A stretch of DNA of 51,877 nucleotides from Candidatus Taylorbacteria bacterium RIFCSPLOWO2_12_FULL_43_20 (GTDB lineage: Bacteria > Patescibacteriota > Minisyncoccia > Phycocordibacterales > HO2-43-120), in assembly GCA_001821295.1 (NCBI GenBank), contig MHSK01000024.1:1-51877 (forward strand), read 5' to 3'. Numbering within the stretch: the stretch's first letter is position 1; each line of letters starts with the position of its first letter. This document shows, piece after piece, positions 47,307 to 51,877 of the stretch. A program made the position numbers and the translations under genes. The notes below the pieces were generated by a model that saw nothing but the letters and a program-made list of their open reading frames with translations, did no database searches and had not been told where the DNA came from.

Positions 47307-48680
47307 ATGAAAATCATATTTATTATAATAACGCGAGGATTTATAATCCGGAATGTTTTACGGTCCGGCGGACTTGTTCAATTTAGAAATAAAGGTTATA
47401 AAATCGTCATAATACTTGATTGTAAAGAAGTTCCAGAATATTTAAGGGAAGAGCTTGCGTCAGAGAATGTAACGGTCGTGGCGGAAAAGGGCCGCGGTTT
47501 AGGACGAATCCACCGCCTTTTTCACAATATTCAGACTTTCCTCATATTTACAGACAGTACCGTGAGATATTTAAAATATGGCAATAATCGTTTAATTGCC
47601 AGGCCAAGAGTTTTCACTTATTTGCATATCGCTTTTGTCTGGCTAATCAGCCGCATGCCCTTGCTTAAATCGTTGTCGCGTTTCGTTGAGGTCCATTTAT
47701 TTCCTCAGTATCATGTTTCGATCGCCCGATTGTTTGATGAACATAAGCCGGATGTGGTTTTTTCAACCTCCGTTATTTCCGGTTTAGATATATTGTTTAT
47801 GAAAGAAGCCAAGCGAAGGGGAATAACAACCGTGTCTATGCCCAAAGGGTGGGATAATGTAACTAGGAATTATTATAGATTTGTTCCAGATTATTTTATT
47901 GTTCAGACAAAAGTTCTTCGTGATGAATTGGTTCGTCTCCAAAAATTTCCCGCCAAACGTGTTTACATAACGGGCTTTCCGCAATTTGACTGGTATCGGA
48001 AATCGGACGTGATAATTTCTCGCGAGGAATTTTGCAAAAAATACGGCCTCAATCCCAGCCTTTCTATCATCCTTTTCGGCTCGGAAGGAGGCTGGGCTGA
48101 TCACGATTTTGATGTCGCGGAAAATATCAGAGTCATGATAGAAAAAAATGAATTGGTCAAAGAGTGCCAACTATTGGTAAGACCGCATTTTTCTAACTTC
48201 AGAAATGAGCTATTCAAGAAATTGTTAGGCAGAGAACGCGTCAAGGTGGACACGTCATATAATATCTCAGATGCATTTGTGGATAATTGGGATCCTTTGG
48301 ACGATGAGACGAAAAATCTTGCCAATAGTCTTTATCACGCCGATCTTCTTGTCACCACGGCGTCAACGTTGAATCTTGATATGGCGTGTTTTAATCATCC
48401 TATAATCAATCTAGCATTTGGCGGACGATTCAGAGGCGCAAGAGATATTACACCCTGGCTCTATAAGTCCAACCATATGCAATGGGTTATAAACACGGGA
48501 GGAATCAGATTGGTATCAAACAACAATGAACTTAAGAACATGATCAATGTTTATCTGAACAATCCGCATTTGGATAATGAGGGTAGGGTAAGACTCGCGA
48601 ATGAATTATGTTATAAAGTTGACGGTAAGTCTTCAGAGAGAATGGTGGATGCGATTGATGATATTATGAAAAAGAGTTGA
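47307..48680 (+). CDS. second TagF-like GT-B protein (paralog of 40753-42141)
   Basis: IRNVLR, PKGWDN, GFPQFD, GSEG, VRPHF, STLNLD, VDGKSSER. Confidence 0.6.
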   Translation: MKIIFIIITRGFIIRNVLRSGGLVQFRNKGYKIVIILDCKEVPEYLREELASENVTVVAEKGRGLGRIHRLFHNIQTFLIFTDSTVRYLKYGNNRLIARPRVFTYLHIAFVWLISRMPLLKSLSRFVEVHLFPQYHVSIARLFDEHKPDVVFSTSVISGLDILFMKEAKRRGITTVSMPKGWDNVTRNYYRFVPDYFIVQTKVLRDELVRLQKFPAKRVYITGFPQFDWYRKSDVIISREEFCKKYGLNPSLSIILFGSEGGWADHDFDVAENIRVMIEKNELVKECQLLVRPHFSNFRNELFKKLLGRERVKVDTSYNISDAFVDNWDPLDDETKNLANSLYHADLLVTTASTLNLDMACFNHPIINLAFGGRFRGARDITPWLYKSNHMQWVINTGGIRLVSNNNELKNMINVYLNNPHLDNEGRVRLANELCYKVDGKSSERMVDAIDDIMKKS

Positions 48681-48712
48681 ACTTCAGCCGTTTTATGGCA
48701 TTATATGTCAAC

Positions 48713-49825
48713 ATGGGTATTAATATTTTTGAGCGCAAGTTGAATTCAGGCAATAGTGAAGGTACGGACAGTGTTTTCGTGGTGGCCGAAATAGGCAAGA
48801 ATTTCATTCAAACCGAAAGAGAGAGACCTCATGAAGAGTATATAGATAACGCCAAACGGCTTATAGACGCGGCAAAAGAAGCCGGAGTGGATGCTGTTAA
48901 ATTCCAAACTCACGAAGTTGAAGATGAGCAGGCAGATGTTGATTGTTTTTACCCGCATTTTGGAGGAATGGATCGTTTCAGATGGGTCAGCAAAAATACG
49001 GATATCGCTTCTCTTAAATTTTGGATAGAAGTTAAAAAGCACGCTGAATTAAAAGGGGTGGTTTTTTTCTCCACTCCGATGAGCAGAAAAGCGGCCATCA
49101 AACTGGAAAGCATAGGTGTTCCTTTTTGGAAAATAGGATCGGGAGACATTGAAGATTACGTGCTTCTTGATTATGTGTCTTCCACGGGGAAGCCGATAGT
49201 CATTTCAACCGGGATGGTTAGTAAGAACGAGCTTGATGCGGTCGTCGGGTTTTTAAAAAGCAAAAATGTTTCGTTCTCAATATTATATTGCGTAAGCAAG
49301 TATCCTTGTCCTAAAGACAAGTTTAATCTTTCTTCCATTGAATACTTGAGAAATAAATATCCTGATGTGACCATTGGTTTTTCCAATCACAATTATGAAG
49401 ATAGTGAGCTCGATTTGGCGGCAATAAAACTGGGCGCGAGAATAATAGAAAAGCATTTTTCTTTTGATAGAAATATGTGGGGGTCGGATCACAGGGTGTC
49501 TGTTACGCCGGAGGAGATGAAAAACCTTGTTGAGTTGATCAAAAAGAGGAAATATGCGAGCGTAGACGTCGAACCTTACTATGGCAATATTGAGGCGGAG
49601 TTTGATGGGGCGAATAACGAATTTCGCTCATATTTTAAAAAGACCCTAGTTGCCGGGAGGGACATTAAGGAAGGAGAAACCATAAATAAGGAAATGGTTT
49701 ATGCCATGAGGCCGGCTTCTTATCTTAAAGGTTTGTCTTCCAATTATTTCATTAGTGTTTTGGGTAAAAGGGCGGCAAAGCATATAAAAAAATTTACTCC
49801 CCTAAACGACGCGCTTTTTAAATAA
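48713..49825 (+). CDS. neuB: N-acetylneuraminate/nonulosonate synthase family protein with C-terminal SAF domain
   Basis: VAEIG.N, AGVDAVKFQTH, FSTP, KIGSGD, ISTGM, IIEKHF, GSDH, LVA.RDI..GE..MRP. Start uncertain (48695/48713). Confidence 0.88.
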   Translation: MGINIFERKLNSGNSEGTDSVFVVAEIGKNFIQTERERPHEEYIDNAKRLIDAAKEAGVDAVKFQTHEVEDEQADVDCFYPHFGGMDRFRWVSKNTDIASLKFWIEVKKHAELKGVVFFSTPMSRKAAIKLESIGVPFWKIGSGDIEDYVLLDYVSSTGKPIVISTGMVSKNELDAVVGFLKSKNVSFSILYCVSKYPCPKDKFNLSSIEYLRNKYPDVTIGFSNHNYEDSELDLAAIKLGARIIEKHFSFDRNMWGSDHRVSVTPEEMKNLVELIKKRKYASVDVEPYYGNIEAEFDGANNEFRSYFKKTLVAGRDIKEGETINKEMVYAMRPASYLKGLSSNYFISVLGKRAAKHIKKFTPLNDALFK

Positions 49826-49826
49826 C

Positions 49827-50993
49827 ATGTCCAAAAAACAAAAGAAGAGAAAAATATGTTTTGTTATAACTTCCGGGATACACTATTCCAGAAGCAAGCT
49901 TATACTTTTTGAGCTGAAGAAAAGAAAGAATGTAGATCTTCAGATTGTCGTCGCAGCCTCGGCTATTTTGTCAATGTATAGTGATGTCCTAGCTTTGATG
50001 AAGAAGGATGGATTTAAATGTAATGCCAAAATAACCATGGTGTTGGAAGGCGGCAGTCCTGTGGCCATGGCTAAGACAACGGGAATTGGTATTACGGAGT
50101 TTACCACGGTGTTTGAGAATCTTTCGCCGGACATAGTTGTTGTGAGGGGAGATAGATACGAAGTCTTAGCTCCGGTGATAGCCGCGGCTTATTTAAATAT
50201 AACCATTGCGCATATTGAGGGCGGAGACGTGACAGGAAATATAGATGAGAGCGTTCGTCATGCTATTACAAAATTGTCTCATATTCATTTTACGACTAAC
50301 GAGGAGTCAAAAAAAAGAGTAATGAGGATGGGTGAACTGCCCGGATTTGTTTATGACGTAGGCGCGCCCGAATTGGAGTTTGTGGCGAAAAATAATTATC
50401 GGGTATCTAATGAATTTATCAATTATTTAGGTGTGGGGGACGCGGTTGATATTAACCGGCCTTATATTGTGGTTATGCAGCATCCGGTCACTTCAGAACA
50501 CGGAAAAAACAAGGATCACATTGAAGAGACGCTCCACGCAATATACGATCTGAAGATACCGAGTATCTGGTTCTGGCCCAATGTTGACGCGGGTACTGAC
50601 GAGGTTTCCAAAGGTATCCGCAGCTTCAGGGAAGAGAAAAATCCTTCGCACATGCGCTTCATTAAACATATTCCGCCGGAGGAATTTATCGGTCTGTTGA
50701 AAAAAACTGCTTGCCTTGTCGGAAATTCATCTTCAGGCATAAAAGAATGTTCGTATCTCGGCATACCCGCGGTAAACATAGGTTCCAGGCAAAATGGCCG
50801 CATGAGGGCGAGCAATGTCATTGATGTCGGATACGATATGAAAAAAATAAAAAAAGCGATCAAAGCGCAAATCAAACACGGAGTTTATCAGCCAAGCCAT
50901 ATGTATTATAAAAAAAACACATGTAAAAAAATATGCGATATTCTGGTGTCAGTTGATACATATACGCAGAAGTTTTTTTATGACGGAAACTAA
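49827..50993 (+). CDS. neuC: UDP-N-acetylhexosamine 2-epimerase (hydrolysing), NeuC/LegG-type
   Basis: RGDRYE, AHIEGGDVTGNIDESVRHAITKLSHIHF, QHPVT, PNVDAG, GNSSSGIKE, NIGSRQ. Confidence 0.92.
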   Translation: MSKKQKKRKICFVITSGIHYSRSKLILFELKKRKNVDLQIVVAASAILSMYSDVLALMKKDGFKCNAKITMVLEGGSPVAMAKTTGIGITEFTTVFENLSPDIVVVRGDRYEVLAPVIAAAYLNITIAHIEGGDVTGNIDESVRHAITKLSHIHFTTNEESKKRVMRMGELPGFVYDVGAPELEFVAKNNYRVSNEFINYLGVGDAVDINRPYIVVMQHPVTSEHGKNKDHIEETLHAIYDLKIPSIWFWPNVDAGTDEVSKGIRSFREEKNPSHMRFIKHIPPEEFIGLLKKTACLVGNSSSGIKECSYLGIPAVNIGSRQNGRMRASNVIDVGYDMKKIKKAIKAQIKHGVYQPSHMYYKKNTCKKICDILVSVDTYTQKFFYDGN

Positions 50994-51039
50994 ATAATAA
51001 CCCCGTCTTTTTAGTGTTTTCAATATAATGTATTTTGAT

Positions 51040-51777
51040 ATGAGCCAAACAAATATTTTGGGAGTGATAACCGCTCGCGGAGGATCAAAGGGCATACCCG
51101 GAAAAAACATAAAACCGCTAGGTGGAAAACCATTGATAAGCTATACCATTCGGTCGGCGCAAAGTAGCAAGCTAATTACGGATCTTATTGTTTCAACCGA
51201 TGATAAAGAAATAGCTCGCGTGTCTGAAGAAAATGGAGCGCGTGTCCCTTTTATCCGTCCCGGAGAACTTGCTTTGGACGATGTAAAACATCTGCCGGTT
51301 ATGAAGCACGCTTTAGTGTTTATGGAAAAGCTAATGAAAAAAAGATATGACTATATAGTCATTCTTCAGCCGACATCTCCCTTTCGTCTACCGGAGGATA
51401 TTGATGAGACTCTTGCCAAGCTTATCCAATGTGGCGCGGACAGCGCGGTATCTTTAGTGGAGATAGAAGAAAATCATCCTATGAAAATAAAAAAAATGGA
51501 GGGTGACAGAGTATTGCCGTATTTCGAAGAAGAAACAGAAGGCCTTCCGAGACAAGAATTGCCCGTAGCTTATAAGCGCAGTGGAGCTGTATACGCTATG
51601 AAGAGAGAAACGTTGATGGAAAAAAATTCTTTGTTTGGCGAAATTGTGGTGGGGTATATAGTTTCAAAAGAACGTTCAATAGATATAGACAATCCTCTGG
51701 ATTTCATAAAGGCGGAATACATGTTGGCAGAGTTGGAAAAAAAGGGATGGAATTTTAATCTACCTCTGGATAATTAA
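51040..51777 (+). CDS. neuA: CMP-nonulosonate (acylneuraminate) cytidylyltransferase
   Basis: ARGGSKGIPGKNI, VSTDD, PFIRP.ELA.D, LQPTSPFR, RQ.LP, SIDID...DF. Confidence 0.93.
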   Translation: MSQTNILGVITARGGSKGIPGKNIKPLGGKPLISYTIRSAQSSKLITDLIVSTDDKEIARVSEENGARVPFIRPGELALDDVKHLPVMKHALVFMEKLMKKRYDYIVILQPTSPFRLPEDIDETLAKLIQCGADSAVSLVEIEENHPMKIKKMEGDRVLPYFEEETEGLPRQELPVAYKRSGAVYAMKRETLMEKNSLFGEIVVGYIVSKERSIDIDNPLDFIKAEYMLAELEKKGWNFNLPLDN

Positions 51778-51877
51778 ATGGGCGCAAAATGAAAATTCAT
51801 TGCAAATACACAGGGATTAATTTCGTGTTCAAGCTATGGAACATAGTTGACAGTTAATTAGTTGTAATTTCGACCTT

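Noticed and set aside
680-50875. numerous 60-160 aa antisense or out-of-frame ORFs in the track
   Set aside because: They lie wholly or largely within well-supported genes and show no recognisable motifs; treated as shadow ORFs.
51778-51877. gene start at the right edge
   Set aside because: The ATG-initiated frames checked (near 51778 and 51789) close within about 23 codons; nothing supportable.

Overview
A single, almost entirely plus-strand surface-glycan biosynthesis and modification locus of about 50 kb, preceded by a SAM-I riboswitch and metK. A Patescibacteria/CPR-type origin is an inference, based on a shortened MetK, few Shine-Dalgarno sites and REP-like intergenic palindromes. The locus encodes many GT4/GT2 glycosyltransferases and nucleotide-sugar enzymes (two C-terminally short UDP-sugar dehydrogenases, an epimerase, WecB, Gmd, Gfo/Idh/MocA, DegT aminotransferases). 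It also has a GtrA/GtrB/GT-C module, a Wzx flippase, an AsnB-type amidotransferase, eight SAM methyltransferases, an MBOAT+SGNH acylation pair, a WbuXYZ-type amidino module and a NeuB/NeuC/NeuA nonulosonate pathway. Two embedded modules stand out. (1) 31753-36143: APH-type kinase + CDP-alcohol phosphotransferase + [degenerate nucleotidyltransferase]-[2-deoxy-scyllo-inosose-synthase-like cyclase] fusion + intact cytidylyltransferase, a candidate CDP-cyclitol pathway. (2) 36216-40711: membrane-anchored CotH-kinase/beta-helix protein + VTC polyphosphate-polymerase domain + DUF4956 membrane protein, a candidate polyphosphate-export/extracellular phosphorylation system. Intergenic DNA carries three related IS5-like MITEs (two with TTA duplications) and nested palindromic elements, one cluster lying inside the riboswitch leader of metK. 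No CRISPR, rRNA or tRNA was seen. All calls come from motif reading, not database searches.
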